Shown here: piece by piece, positions 1 to 9,220 of the stretch
How the letters are laid out: every line of letters starts with the position of its first letter
Position numbering within the stretch: position 1 is the stretch's first letter
Source: a virus
Virus record (IMG/VR): IMGVR_UViG_3300028840_006907
Span: 1 to 64,000 of that record
Direction: 5' to 3' (one strand)
Length of the DNA stretch: 64,000 bases
The notes under the pieces: generated by a model
Databases searched by the model: none
Told to the model about the DNA's origin: nothing
The model's input: the letters and a program-made list of their open reading frames with translations, nothing else
Made by a program: the position numbers and the translations under genes

Positions 1-356
1 ATTATATCTGGTGGAGTTCCAAACCATAGTTTTCTGGGAGTCTTATATTTCAGTTTACCAATAGCAATACCTAGGATCAATAAAATTTCCATGATACGAT
101 GATAACTAGCCCATTGATCACCGTTTTTATTTTTACACATATTTAGGAATGTGTCACCACCGTTACTTTCCAGAAATGATTCAGGAAGCTGATTTATGAG
201 TTCACCGATATTAGCTTTGTTCTCTTCAAGTCTGCCAGGGTGAAGTCCAAAAGTTTGAAGAATGCCTTCTGCTCTGACATGTTTGGTTGTATCTTCTCCA
301 TTTTGAAAGAGACAGTTGTTTAATATTTCCTCTACGTTATTTTCAGTTAATTCCAT
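1..356 (-). CDS. hypothetical protein (partial, C-terminus beyond window edge)
   Basis: ATG at 354-356 on minus strand, frame open to position 1; co-oriented with downstream genes. Confidence 0.35.
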   Translation of the reverse strand, partial: MELTENNVEEILNNCLFQNGEDTTKHVRAEGILQTFGLHPGRLEENKANIGELINQLPESFLESNGGDTFLNMCKNKNGDQWASYHRIMEILLILGIAIGKLKYKTPRKLWFGTPPDI

Positions 357-359
357 GGA

Positions 360-605
360 TTATTCTCCTACAATTTCATCATCTACACTAAGTACCGGTG
401 ATACTACGATATACCATTTTTTACATTTTAATAATGATGTGACAGATTGACTTGATCCTATTAGTCTTCCATTATCTAATTCAACCCACCAGACCCAGGT
501 TCCGGCTTTACGTTGCCAATAACCTGGGTAACATCGGTAGAAAGAGACAGCTTTTAAATTAAACTCATCTTCAAGTCTCTTAATTAGTTTTTCACTTTTT
601 TTCAT
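360..605 (-). CDS. hypothetical protein
   Basis: 81-aa ORF; stop/start abut neighbours. Confidence 0.45.
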   Translation of the reverse strand: MKKSEKLIKRLEDEFNLKAVSFYRCYPGYWQRKAGTWVWWVELDNGRLIGSSQSVTSLLKCKKWYIVVSPVLSVDDEIVGE

Positions 606-787
606 TATTCATCGTCATCATAGCTACTATCATCATCGCTATCAGAACCGAAGATAGAATCATCATCATCAAAGGAACTTGATGATTTATAGCTACCAGA
701 TCTCTTTATTACTTTACCACATCTAGGGCATTTAGAGCCATATACAGCAGTTCCGCATTTTGAACATTTAGTCATATCACCCTCCAT
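605..787 (-). CDS. small zinc-ribbon protein with acidic Asp/Ser-rich tail
   Basis: CSKCG...CPRCG motif pair then DDDD/SDSDDD tail. Confidence 0.5.
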   Translation of the reverse strand: MEGDMTKCSKCGTAVYGSKCPRCGKVIKRSGSYKSSSSFDDDDSIFGSDSDDDSSYDDDE

Positions 788-807
788 ATTTTATTTAGAT
801 CTTTTAT

Positions 808-1467
808 TTAATTGTTAGTTCTATTAAGTTTTTTTACTTTAGAACTTTCTTCTATTTTAATATTATCAATTTCTTTAAATGCATTATTAGCAATACCTTC
901 ATAAACTTTTCGAAATTGAACAACTATCCGATTTATAAGATCTTTAATAAGGTTATTTAAAAGATACCAAATAATGCTGATGGGCCAATACATAACCCAT
1001 ACAGATATTTTCTTTTTACTTTCTTTAAATACTGGCCTTTCATAGCCATAACGAATCTGGCTTTTCCATTCCTCATGTAATTTTTTAGATATTGTTTTAG
1101 TATCTTTAGGAAGTTCCTTATCTTTTAAAAAATCCTCCCATTTTTCTTCTGTCTTTTTTGCTATCTTATTAAGCAAGAGTCCCCATTTTACCCAGGACCA
1201 TATAATTCCGAAAAGGATATATCCTGGTATTATCCATAAAAGATGGATAGGATTTTCTATTATCCATTTGAAAATGTTAATTTTTGCGAAAAATTGGATA
1301 GCTAAACTGTAAAGGACTAGCAGAACTATAGCGAATTCAAAAGAATCATGCTCTTCACAAATAATAGCTATAATAATAAAAATAAGAGTAAAAATATAGA
1401 ACCAAATTGAAATGGCAAATAGCGCTGAAAATAACGCTACAATCACTAAACCCTCCTCTTTTATCAT
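808..1467 (-). CDS. multi-pass membrane protein
   Basis: 219 aa, several long hydrophobic segments in N-terminal half. Confidence 0.5.
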   Translation of the reverse strand: MIKEEGLVIVALFSALFAISIWFYIFTLIFIIIAIICEEHDSFEFAIVLLVLYSLAIQFFAKINIFKWIIENPIHLLWIIPGYILFGIIWSWVKWGLLLNKIAKKTEEKWEDFLKDKELPKDTKTISKKLHEEWKSQIRYGYERPVFKESKKKISVWVMYWPISIIWYLLNNLIKDLINRIVVQFRKVYEGIANNAFKEIDNIKIEESSKVKKLNRTNN

Positions 1468-1500
1468 TGTTATTAGAGTCTGTTAATTTATGGCCATTCT

Positions 1501-2574
1501 TTATTCTTTGTCCTGTTGAATTAATGTATTGTTATATTCAGTATTAAAAATTAGTGTGTTATCAGCATTAGAATTACCTAGTAATATCTCTTTTATTTGA
1601 TCTATTTGTATTTCAATCTCTTGATTTGTTTTTACCGGGCAGTTATGGCTCTTATTATGGTAATTAAAATTGTCTATACCATTTGTTTCTGTATAGGTAA
1701 AATGATTATTGAGTCTTTCTTTTATATACCCGTTCATGAAATCAATATTATTGGTAAGATTATTTTCAATAATTTCTTTAAAATCATTATTATATTCAAT
1801 ACCTATACTATTTCTACCAGATGCCATAGCAGCTAGTGAGGTTGTACCGGTACCGAGAAATGGATCTAATATCACATCTCCTTTCAAGGAATACATATTA
1901 ATTAATCGGTATGGTAATTCAAAAGGAAAGGCAGCACTTCGCTCAATATTTTTATGATTAAGTTTTTGCTTTGTACCTTTAAAACTCCAAGTATCAGAGA
2001 ACCATTGATTCCTTTCTTCCCAGAAGAAAGCACTTTGTTTTCTTCTAAGTTTATCCTCAGGAGTGAGAAAGGTTCTTTTACCCATTTTTCTAAATATGAG
2101 TATGTATTCATTTTCCAGGGTTACATAAGCCCCTGCGGGAAGCATACCAGAACCCATGAATTTATTCGGGGCATTTGTTGGTTTTCTCCATAGGATTAAT
2201 GGAAGGGGAATAAGTCCTATATCCATACAGAAATCCATAACTCTGGCATGATTTGGGAATAATTGAAAAGTTTTATAAAATGTTCGAACAGCATCTCCGA
2301 TATTGAGGCAAGCAAAGCCACCGGGTTTTAGTACCCGATAACATTCTGACCATACTTTATCTAGCTCTTGATGCATAGCTTCAAAAAGTGCATTTGTTTT
2401 CATTTCTTTATCTGGTTTGATATCCAGAAAATCAAAGAACAGCATATCCCACATTTCTATCATAGGGTATGGAGGAGAAGTAATTATTAAATCAACACTA
2501 TTGCTCTTTAGTGGAAAGTTATCCCTAGAATCCCCAAAACGTATAATATGGTTAGTGATCATTGGTTCAGTCAT
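1501..2574 (-). CDS. DNA methyltransferase, beta-class amino-MTase (likely N4-cytosine or N6-adenine)
   Basis: Motif IV SPPY near N-terminus (LIITSPPYPMIEMWD) and motif I DPFLGTGTT near C-terminus; order IV then I. Confidence 0.8.
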   Translation of the reverse strand: MTEPMITNHIIRFGDSRDNFPLKSNSVDLIITSPPYPMIEMWDMLFFDFLDIKPDKEMKTNALFEAMHQELDKVWSECYRVLKPGGFACLNIGDAVRTFYKTFQLFPNHARVMDFCMDIGLIPLPLILWRKPTNAPNKFMGSGMLPAGAYVTLENEYILIFRKMGKRTFLTPEDKLRRKQSAFFWEERNQWFSDTWSFKGTKQKLNHKNIERSAAFPFELPYRLINMYSLKGDVILDPFLGTGTTSLAAMASGRNSIGIEYNNDFKEIIENNLTNNIDFMNGYIKERLNNHFTYTETNGIDNFNYHNKSHNCPVKTNQEIEIQIDQIKEILLGNSNADNTLIFNTEYNNTLIQQDKE

Positions 2575-3170
2575 AAATTGTAAATTCCTTCTAGTATTTC
2601 AGCTTTTGTTAATTTTATTCTTGAAGTAGACGGTATAACTGAATCCACTTCTTCTATTACTTCACTTAAATTTAAATTTAAAATATTTGTAATATGAATA
2701 TCAAAGTGTCTCGCTAGAGCTGTCGCGTAACTTGTCCCTCCTATATCTGGGCTATAACATAATACGATTCGGCTTAATTCATGTACGGGATCTGTATGTC
2801 CAATAATCTGATTTACATTACGTTCCATTAATAATTGCACACCACGTTCCATTTCTTGATAAGGTTTTCTGGCAACAAGATCGCACATAAATTCAGCTAT
2901 TTCTTTTTCTCGTTCAGGAATAATAGCATTGCCGATAACTTCCATCCCTGGATCATTCTTATAGGGTCTAATCCCATAAGTTTTCCAAGGTAGGTAGATA
3001 TCGGCAAAACCGTTTGCACCCTTTTCACAGGCTCTATCGGCTCCTACAGCGTGCCCACTACGTAATTTCAATTTGTAGGTATCTACAATAAATCTGCTAA
3101 CATTTTCAAGAATATTTAAATATTTTTCTGGAGTATTACGGCTACCGATTCCTGTAAAAAAACCATCCAT
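2571..3170 (-). CDS. DprA/SLOG-like Rossmann-fold protein
   Basis: FTGIGSRNTP and RSGHAVGADRACEKGA resemble DprA/Smf-SLOG nucleotide-binding motifs; 4-nt overlap with MTase gene. Confidence 0.45.
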   Translation of the reverse strand: MDGFFTGIGSRNTPEKYLNILENVSRFIVDTYKLKLRSGHAVGADRACEKGANGFADIYLPWKTYGIRPYKNDPGMEVIGNAIIPEREKEIAEFMCDLVARKPYQEMERGVQLLMERNVNQIIGHTDPVHELSRIVLCYSPDIGGTSYATALARHFDIHITNILNLNLSEVIEEVDSVIPSTSRIKLTKAEILEGIYNL

Positions 3171-3181
3171 TTTTACCTCAT

Positions 3182-3403
3182 CTAAATTTTTAAAAATAAT
3201 GAACCATCATATTTTAATTTTAAATTTTCTATCCCATTAATAATTTTAGTAAAAACTGCCTTTTTCTCTTTAGTAGTCAAGGTAATATTTAAACAGCTAG
3301 CATAATGATTGATTCCCCAATTTATTATATCTTTGTAGATATATTTCATTTGAGAACAATCTGTGATTACATAGAATACAATATCGGTCATATTATCAGT
3401 CAT
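3182..3403 (-). CDS. hypothetical protein
   Basis: 73-aa ORF, coupled to neighbours. Confidence 0.4.
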   Translation of the reverse strand: MTDNMTDIVFYVITDCSQMKYIYKDIINWGINHYASCLNITLTTKEKKAVFTKIINGIENLKLKYDGSLFLKI

Positions 3404-3681
3404 AATTTGTCTGTATTTAAATCAACAATCTCTCTATCGTAAAGTAGATCAGACCAACAATTATTTGGATTGGGTTCGGTATCTTTATTCCAATCAGCTT
3501 TCAACCCATATACAGAATAATCAACTGGGCAGAATTTTTCCGCTTCCTCCTTTGTCTGCCATACAGAACCACCACGATAGTTTTCTGTCCTTCCAAGTTT
3601 CATACATTTTTCTTGTTTTGATAAATATTGTTTATAACTTTCTGTATGCCCTATCGTAAAAATCATATGTCTCCTTTTCAT
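3400..3681 (-). CDS. hypothetical protein
   Basis: 93-aa ORF; no confident family assignment. Confidence 0.4.
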   Translation of the reverse strand: MKRRHMIFTIGHTESYKQYLSKQEKCMKLGRTENYRGGSVWQTKEEAEKFCPVDYSVYGLKADWNKDTEPNPNNCWSDLLYDREIVDLNTDKL

Positions 3682-3736
3682 GATTAATCCTTATATATTT
3701 ATACGACGCTAGCAATGCAAAAATACAGAAGTTTTT

Positions 3737-4030
3737 TTAGGCTAACATATAAGTTGTTCTAAACCAATCTTTTACCATTTCATTTTCTACACAGATATAA
3801 GCGTAAGCTTTTTCTTTTTCAAAAAACCAATATGCCACAAATACATCAGCGAAACCTGCTTCTTCTATCATTTTTTTCAAATAATATTTATTTATTTTAA
3901 TAAATTTTCCTTTATCAGAATCATCATAATCTAAAGTAAGAGTAAATTGAGGTTCAGCTTGAACTTTATTTGATACGAAATAGACCCCTTTTTCTAAAAA
4001 GTTTAAATTTCTAATTAATCTTTGTTCCAT
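3737..4030 (-). CDS. hypothetical protein
   Basis: 97-aa ORF. Confidence 0.45.
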   Translation of the reverse strand: MEQRLIRNLNFLEKGVYFVSNKVQAEPQFTLTLDYDDSDKGKFIKINKYYLKKMIEEAGFADVFVAYWFFEKEKAYAYICVENEMVKDWFRTTYMLA

Positions 4031-4032
4031 AA

Positions 4033-4224
4033 TTAATTGGGCAATCTCCTATCAGGATAAAAGGTTTCTTCGAGTTTGCCTTTTATTACTTTTTGTGTTA
4101 AGATAAGTATCTCTAAACGTTCTATATGTTCTTTATTCGTTGTCATATGTTTTTTTATTTCATGGGGATCTGCCGTGATCTCATCCCCGCATACAGGACA
4201 ACATAATTTTAATTTTTTATTCAT
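4033..4224 (-). CDS. small zinc-ribbon protein
   Basis: CCPVCG motif; start moved to internal ATG abutting upstream stop at 4217. Confidence 0.4.
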   Translation of the reverse strand: MNKKLKLCCPVCGDEITADPHEIKKHMTTNKEHIERLEILILTQKVIKGKLEETFYPDRRLPN

Positions 4225-5053
4225 AATCAATTTCTTCCGATAAGAGTAATTTGAAAAATGTTTCAGCCAATTCTTGTTCAAAGAATTTTGGCTCTCGAAT
4301 TTTTATAGTATCAAGCTTTAATAGATCTGCAAATGAATCAATTTTGATATCAATCTCTGGATCTATTAAAGGTTGACACCATTCCATCTCTTTCAACATA
4401 TCTGGTGTGAGAAATGTTTTTGCAATAAAAATATCCCCTAAATCTTCCAGGGCCAAGACTCCCATTCGAATATTTAAATAGCAATAACCATCTTTCATAG
4501 CATATTCTTTATTGCTATTTAAGATTAATCCGACTAGGATATCAGCACTAGTTGGGTCAGTTTTATAAATCCTTTTTAAATCCTCTGTGAGGGGGCTGTA
4601 TGCCCTTGGATCCACTCGTTCTTCTAGTCGCTCAATGCAGTGTGAGGTGACGAAGATATTCCCACAGGAGCCCCTATTCGGGCTCCCATACAATATCCCG
4701 CTATTTTTTATTTTATATACTCTATTGAAGTTAGTTTGGTAGGAAGCATTCCCTACACCTTTGAATTTTATATTGGTTAAGTTTATCCAGCGACCATATT
4801 TAGATCTTAATTTTTGTAGGATTTTTTCTTTTATGGCTTTTTGTTTTCGTTGAGGAATTCTTTTTTTCTGGTAATTTTTTCCACATATTTCATCGAATGT
4901 GCGGGACCAGATGATACTTATCATTGCATCTGGATGTTCTTCGAACGTTGATACGTTATCTTTACCGAAATGTTTTTTTAAAAGTTTTAGGTAATAATTT
5001 TCTTCTTCTTTGCCGTATTTGCTTACTATCCATTGAGAGGGATTCTTTTTCAC
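4217..5053 (-). CDS. hypothetical protein
   Basis: 278-aa ORF overlapping SpoVG-like gene stop by 4 nt. Confidence 0.5.
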   Translation of the reverse strand: MKKNPSQWIVSKYGKEEENYYLKLLKKHFGKDNVSTFEEHPDAMISIIWSRTFDEICGKNYQKKRIPQRKQKAIKEKILQKLRSKYGRWINLTNIKFKGVGNASYQTNFNRVYKIKNSGILYGSPNRGSCGNIFVTSHCIERLEERVDPRAYSPLTEDLKRIYKTDPTSADILVGLILNSNKEYAMKDGYCYLNIRMGVLALEDLGDIFIAKTFLTPDMLKEMEWCQPLIDPEIDIKIDSFADLLKLDTIKIREPKFFEQELAETFFKLLLSEEIDYE

Positions 5054-5307
5054 TTGTTTAGCTCCGCTTCGTATTCATCTAATACGGCATTTTCAATAAG
5101 TATTCTGGTTTCATTTTGTATTGGATGTACCATATCTACAATTTTACCAGTTTTTGTTTTTCTGCTTGGCATTGCTACAAAGTGCCCTTGCGCTCCTTCA
5201 ATAATTTTCAATCCTCGGACAATAAAGCAATCATCAAGAACAATATCAACAAAAGCTCTTACATTTCTGCTTCTATGCATTGTTACTTTTATTTCAGTAA
5301 TTTCCAA
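5050..5307 (-). CDS. spoVG: SpoVG-family nucleic-acid-binding protein
   Basis: MEITEIKV...FVAMPSRKT...HPIQNETR matches the conserved SpoVG core along its length. Confidence 0.85.
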   Translation of the reverse strand: MEITEIKVTMHRSRNVRAFVDIVLDDCFIVRGLKIIEGAQGHFVAMPSRKTKTGKIVDMVHPIQNETRILIENAVLDEYEAELNK

Positions 5308-5352
5308 TTTTTGCCTCCTTAAATACAGAGCAAATATTACTACGAAATGAGA

Positions 5353-6360
5353 TTAATCTACCCATTGAATTTTTCTACGGTACTGACCTGTTACTTCATC
5401 TATATCAGAGACATTTCCTGCTTCCTTTACTATTAAATTTAATTTACGTTTTAATTCTAGCTGAAGATCATCACTTTTTATTATTTCGGGAGAAGTATGT
5501 TTCTCCAAAAAATTATTTTTTAAATCAAGCAATTGTTTTTCAATGCTCACATCTCCAACAAAATTGAGTTCTGAAAAATCATCAATAAATTTTTTAAGTG
5601 AATTAATAGTAGGGCCTTTAACAATTTTCCCTGATTTCATATTGGTGGCGATTTTATCACAAAGAGTTACTACTTGTTCACGAAGATTTGTAACAACCTC
5701 ATTGATAAAAGAACCAATCTTTTCTTGGGCCTCTTTCTGATAAACATCGTAGGCAATATTCTCTTTTGCAATTTTATCTTCAGAAACTTTTCTCATTTTC
5801 GGTAGAGCAATTTCAAATATATTCCAGGTTAAAGAGAACCTATTTCTTAATGAAGTTGTGCTTGGATAGTATGATTTTATTCGGTCAAGAAAATTTGTGA
5901 CGAATTCTTCCTCTTCGTTTTCTTTACCTTCAATACTGAATTCATGAACACCTATTTTTGTTTGTCGGTTATAGGCAGCTTTGGCTGCTTCCTCATAAAT
6001 AGGTAGCATCTCTTTTCGTAATTTGTCGTAATCAACAATCAGGTTATCGATTAATTTATTATATGCCTCCTGATATTCCTGAAGAGTTTGCAGTATTTTT
6101 AAAAATTTCTTTTTGGGTACAAACCGTGCTGAACTTATAGGGAATTTAAAACTGTTCGTCTCAACTAGAAACCGAGCTTTACTTTCAATAGATCTGAATT
6201 TATGTATGGTTTCTTTTGGAACGAGCATCTTCTTACCAAGAAGATAAACATTAGATATAGTGTCTTTTTCTAATCCCAAGTCTTGAGCAGTCAGGATTTT
6301 TGCTCCAGTCCAGAACCGCACTTTAATTTCAACTAAAACACCATCTTTAAATATATCCAT
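5353..6360 (-). CDS. DUF3150-like protein (plasmid/phage-associated)
   Basis: N-terminal VLVEIKVRFWTGAKILTAQDLGL pattern recalled as typical of DUF3150; 335 aa. Confidence 0.4.
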   Translation of the reverse strand: MDIFKDGVLVEIKVRFWTGAKILTAQDLGLEKDTISNVYLLGKKMLVPKETIHKFRSIESKARFLVETNSFKFPISSARFVPKKKFLKILQTLQEYQEAYNKLIDNLIVDYDKLRKEMLPIYEEAAKAAYNRQTKIGVHEFSIEGKENEEEEFVTNFLDRIKSYYPSTTSLRNRFSLTWNIFEIALPKMRKVSEDKIAKENIAYDVYQKEAQEKIGSFINEVVTNLREQVVTLCDKIATNMKSGKIVKGPTINSLKKFIDDFSELNFVGDVSIEKQLLDLKNNFLEKHTSPEIIKSDDLQLELKRKLNLIVKEAGNVSDIDEVTGQYRRKIQWVD

Positions 6361-6386
6361 AATTATTTTCCTATCATTAATAAGTG

Positions 6387-6420
6387 CTGTCCCTTTAATG
6401 AAAAAGGGACAGTGTTTTTT
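6387..6420 (+). terminator. hairpin plus T-run oriented for plus-strand transcription
   Basis: ctgtcccttt...aagggacag stem followed by tgtttttt, overlapping stop of 6419-7981 gene. Confidence 0.35.
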
Positions 6421-7981
6421 ATAAGTTTAATTTCCTTTTACCTATTACCTGTTCAGCCTTCATCTCTATTGAAGCTTTTTTCACTCTACGTTTTTCAGAC
6501 CATTCACGGCCTTTCTTAATATCCTCGGCATAAAGCTGTGCTGTAAGTGATACTTCTTTAGCACTTGTAACAAGATCTTCAGTGGAGATTTCCTGATTTT
6601 TGCTGAATGAAAATTTCAGAGTATCATTAATCCAAACTTCAATTTCAGATCCACTAAAATCTTTAGTGGATTTAACTAATTGCTTTATGTCGAAGTTGCT
6701 GGGGTCACGATTTATTTTTCCCAAATGTATTGAGATAATTTTCTCTCGTTCACTATCATAAGGGAAATCAACCCAGAAGATTGCATCCATACGACCACCA
6801 CGAATTAGTTCAGGAGGTAGTTTCGTTGCATCGTTTGAAGTAGCTGCAATGAATACATCAGTTGTTCTTTCAGCCATCCAGGTTAAAAGTGTTGCTAGCA
6901 TTTTTTGAGAAGTCTCATGAACATGCCCACTTTTATTATTAGGAAAAGCTTTTTCGATTTCATCTATTCGTAAGACACAGGGAGCATTTGCATCAACGAT
7001 ACTGAGACATCTTCTTATTTTCTCTTCTGATTCTCCTACAAGACTGCCTAAGAGTGCACCTACATCAAGACTGAATAATGGTCGTTCCCAAACATTGGCG
7101 ATAACTTTTGCAACAAGAGATTTCCCGGTTCCAGGAGGGCCTACGAATAGGGCACCTTTGGGAGGAAGTATTCCATATTCTCTGGCTTTCTCAGTGAAAC
7201 AATTCTTTCTAACCAGGAGCCATTCTTTAAGGTTATCAAGTCCACCAATGTCATCAAGAGTTTCTGTTACACTAATAACATTTAAGAGCCCTGTGTTTTT
7301 AACAACTGTGGCTTTTTCTCTATTAATAACATTAATGTCAAGACATTTTCTTTCAACAATGGAAAGAGAATAAGCATTCTCAGCTTCATCAGATGTCATT
7401 CCTAAGGCTGCTTCAATAAGGGAAGTATCGTTTTTGGGGTACTCTATGGAATCTTCAACTGATCTAGCGTTTTCATAAGCTCGTTGACATACTTTTCTTA
7501 AAGTATTTGTATTTGGAAGTTTAAAATCAATTACAGTTATTTCTTTCTTTAATTCATCTGGTATTGATGAACAGCAAGAAACAACAGCCAAAACTCTACC
7601 GGTAGATCTGCAGATTGGAATTATATTTCGTATTTTTCGTTGAATAAAATCTTTTTTAATATAATGGTGGAAATCTAATAGAAAAAAGATAGAATTCTCT
7701 TCCACCTCTTCTGAACTTATCCAATTAAGAGCCAACATTGGATCATCTGTTTTAGTTTTTATATCTAATTTATTTTCTAAAAGGATATTATTATCATTTA
7801 TTTCTCGGAGTTTGATTCCATCAACTCTGTCCCAAGAATAAAATTTATAATTTCCTTTGTCAAGTTTGTTCATTTCATTTGCTAGGGTTCTTATCGCCCT
7901 ATGTTCTTCATGGGTCTGTATCCACAAAATTGTATAACCGGCACGTATATAATTTGAAAAGATGTGTTCTTTATTTTCCAT
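6419..7981 (-). CDS. AAA+ ATPase with N-terminal domain of unknown function
   Basis: Walker A GPPGTGKS, Walker B VLRIDEIEKA, sensor region TSNDATKLPPELIRGGRMD. Confidence 0.85.
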   Translation of the reverse strand: MENKEHIFSNYIRAGYTILWIQTHEEHRAIRTLANEMNKLDKGNYKFYSWDRVDGIKLREINDNNILLENKLDIKTKTDDPMLALNWISSEEVEENSIFFLLDFHHYIKKDFIQRKIRNIIPICRSTGRVLAVVSCCSSIPDELKKEITVIDFKLPNTNTLRKVCQRAYENARSVEDSIEYPKNDTSLIEAALGMTSDEAENAYSLSIVERKCLDINVINREKATVVKNTGLLNVISVTETLDDIGGLDNLKEWLLVRKNCFTEKAREYGILPPKGALFVGPPGTGKSLVAKVIANVWERPLFSLDVGALLGSLVGESEEKIRRCLSIVDANAPCVLRIDEIEKAFPNNKSGHVHETSQKMLATLLTWMAERTTDVFIAATSNDATKLPPELIRGGRMDAIFWVDFPYDSEREKIISIHLGKINRDPSNFDIKQLVKSTKDFSGSEIEVWINDTLKFSFSKNQEISTEDLVTSAKEVSLTAQLYAEDIKKGREWSEKRRVKKASIEMKAEQVIGKRKLNL

Positions 7982-7998
7982 TTTTCAATTCCTTGAAT

Positions 7999-8202
7999 TT
8001 AAAATTGATTGACTATCTGCTTTATTACTAAAATTCTATTAAGGATTTTATTGTAGGATAGATTTAATTCGTTTTGAATATCTTTAAATGAATAGTTATT
8101 CAGAAAATAAAAAGATGCTATAGTATAAGTTATCCTATCTACTTTTGACTTTAAATAATTCATAATGTCTTTGGAATAATTATTTGCATGTGGCATATTC
8201 AT
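7999..8202 (-). CDS. sigma-70 region-4-like HTH protein
   Basis: ITYTIASFYFLNNYSFKDIQNELNLSYNKILNRI is paralogous to C-terminus of 8180-8800 product. Confidence 0.35.
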   Translation of the reverse strand: MNMPHANNYSKDIMNYLKSKVDRITYTIASFYFLNNYSFKDIQNELNLSYNKILNRILVIKQIVNQF

Positions 8203-8800
8203 TATCCTTTGACTTTGAAAACTTATATACTATTTGTTTAATTTTTGTAATTTTTCTGAGGATTGTATTGTAGGATACTTTTGCAGTATCTTGAATTTCT
8301 TTCATTGAATAACAATCCAGAAGATAAAGACATGCAATGAAATAAGTTATATCATTGAGTTGATTTCTTAGATATTTCATGGTTTCATCAGAGATCAAAG
8401 TATCATCTATTGTTTCGTTAAAGTTAGGCCGGGTAGTATAATCAATATGATTTTTAAGGGTTTTATTATTATTCCTTTCTTCACCATCACTATTATTTTC
8501 ACGCATTGTGATATACATATCAATAGGGAAAAATTTAGGTCTTCGTGATATTGTTCTTATGTAATGAAGGGCATAGCCTTGAACTTTATGTACAAAATAT
8601 GTTTTTAAATAACATCCTTTTGAAAGATCATATTGTTCAAGTAACTCGGATTCAGCTAGTTTTAAAATGAGGTGTTGAAACATCTCACATGGTTCAACAA
8701 TTTTCACAAATTTCATAATGTGAAAATTTAAAATATAATCAATTTCTTCTCTGTTTAGGGTATAGAATTCCCAGAAGTCAGGGTGATATTTTAAATCCAT
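8180..8800 (-). CDS. putative sigma-factor-like transcription protein
   Basis: C-terminal ITYFIACLYLLDCYSMKEIQDTAKVSYNTILRKI resembles sigma-70 region 4.2 HTH. Confidence 0.4.
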   Translation of the reverse strand: MDLKYHPDFWEFYTLNREEIDYILNFHIMKFVKIVEPCEMFQHLILKLAESELLEQYDLSKGCYLKTYFVHKVQGYALHYIRTISRRPKFFPIDMYITMRENNSDGEERNNNKTLKNHIDYTTRPNFNETIDDTLISDETMKYLRNQLNDITYFIACLYLLDCYSMKEIQDTAKVSYNTILRKITKIKQIVYKFSKSKDNEYATCK

Positions 8801-8809
8801 AATAAAACC

Positions 8810-9064
8810 TCATTTTGTGAGACCATCAATTTCTTTCTGGACATTGGTCCAATATTCATGGTCGGTTCCGTTTCCTTTAATTGTGTTAATTTTTTCTCGA
8901 ATCCTTTTTGTTTCTTTCGAGATTTGTCTTTGTGTATTTATGTTTGAAACAGCTCTGTCAGATAGATCATGTGACAGAGCATCAAATGATTTTCCTATAG
9001 CATTCATGATCTTTCTAAGAAAGATCAGTATAGCGATAAGTCCGATAAATGCTAAAAGGGCCAT
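8810..9064 (-). CDS. small membrane protein
   Basis: N-terminal hydrophobic helix ALLAFIGLIAILIFL. Confidence 0.4.
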   Translation of the reverse strand: MALLAFIGLIAILIFLRKIMNAIGKSFDALSHDLSDRAVSNINTQRQISKETKRIREKINTIKGNGTDHEYWTNVQKEIDGLTK

Positions 9065-9220
9065 GTAAGCCTCCTTTATTTTTAACCACAGTATGGATTA
9101 ATGTTAAAACATTTTTCCTTTTTATTTTTATTGCATTTCTCTTTGCATAGAGTACATAAAACCGGAGCAATTTTCGGGTGAAACCATGGACTGAATACCC
9201 GCTCACCGTCGAATACTAAT

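Noticed and set aside
1597-2629. Plus-strand ORFs 1597-1836, 1709-1957, 1954-2193, 2417-2629 and minus ORF 1902-2111
   Set aside because: All lie inside, antisense to or out of frame with the well-supported methyltransferase gene; low-complexity I/L/F-rich translations typical of AT-rich antisense.
8180-8800. Firm assignment as an ECF sigma factor
   Set aside because: Only the C-terminal region-4-like HTH is recognisable; region 2 motifs are not clear, so the call is kept as sigma-like with low confidence.
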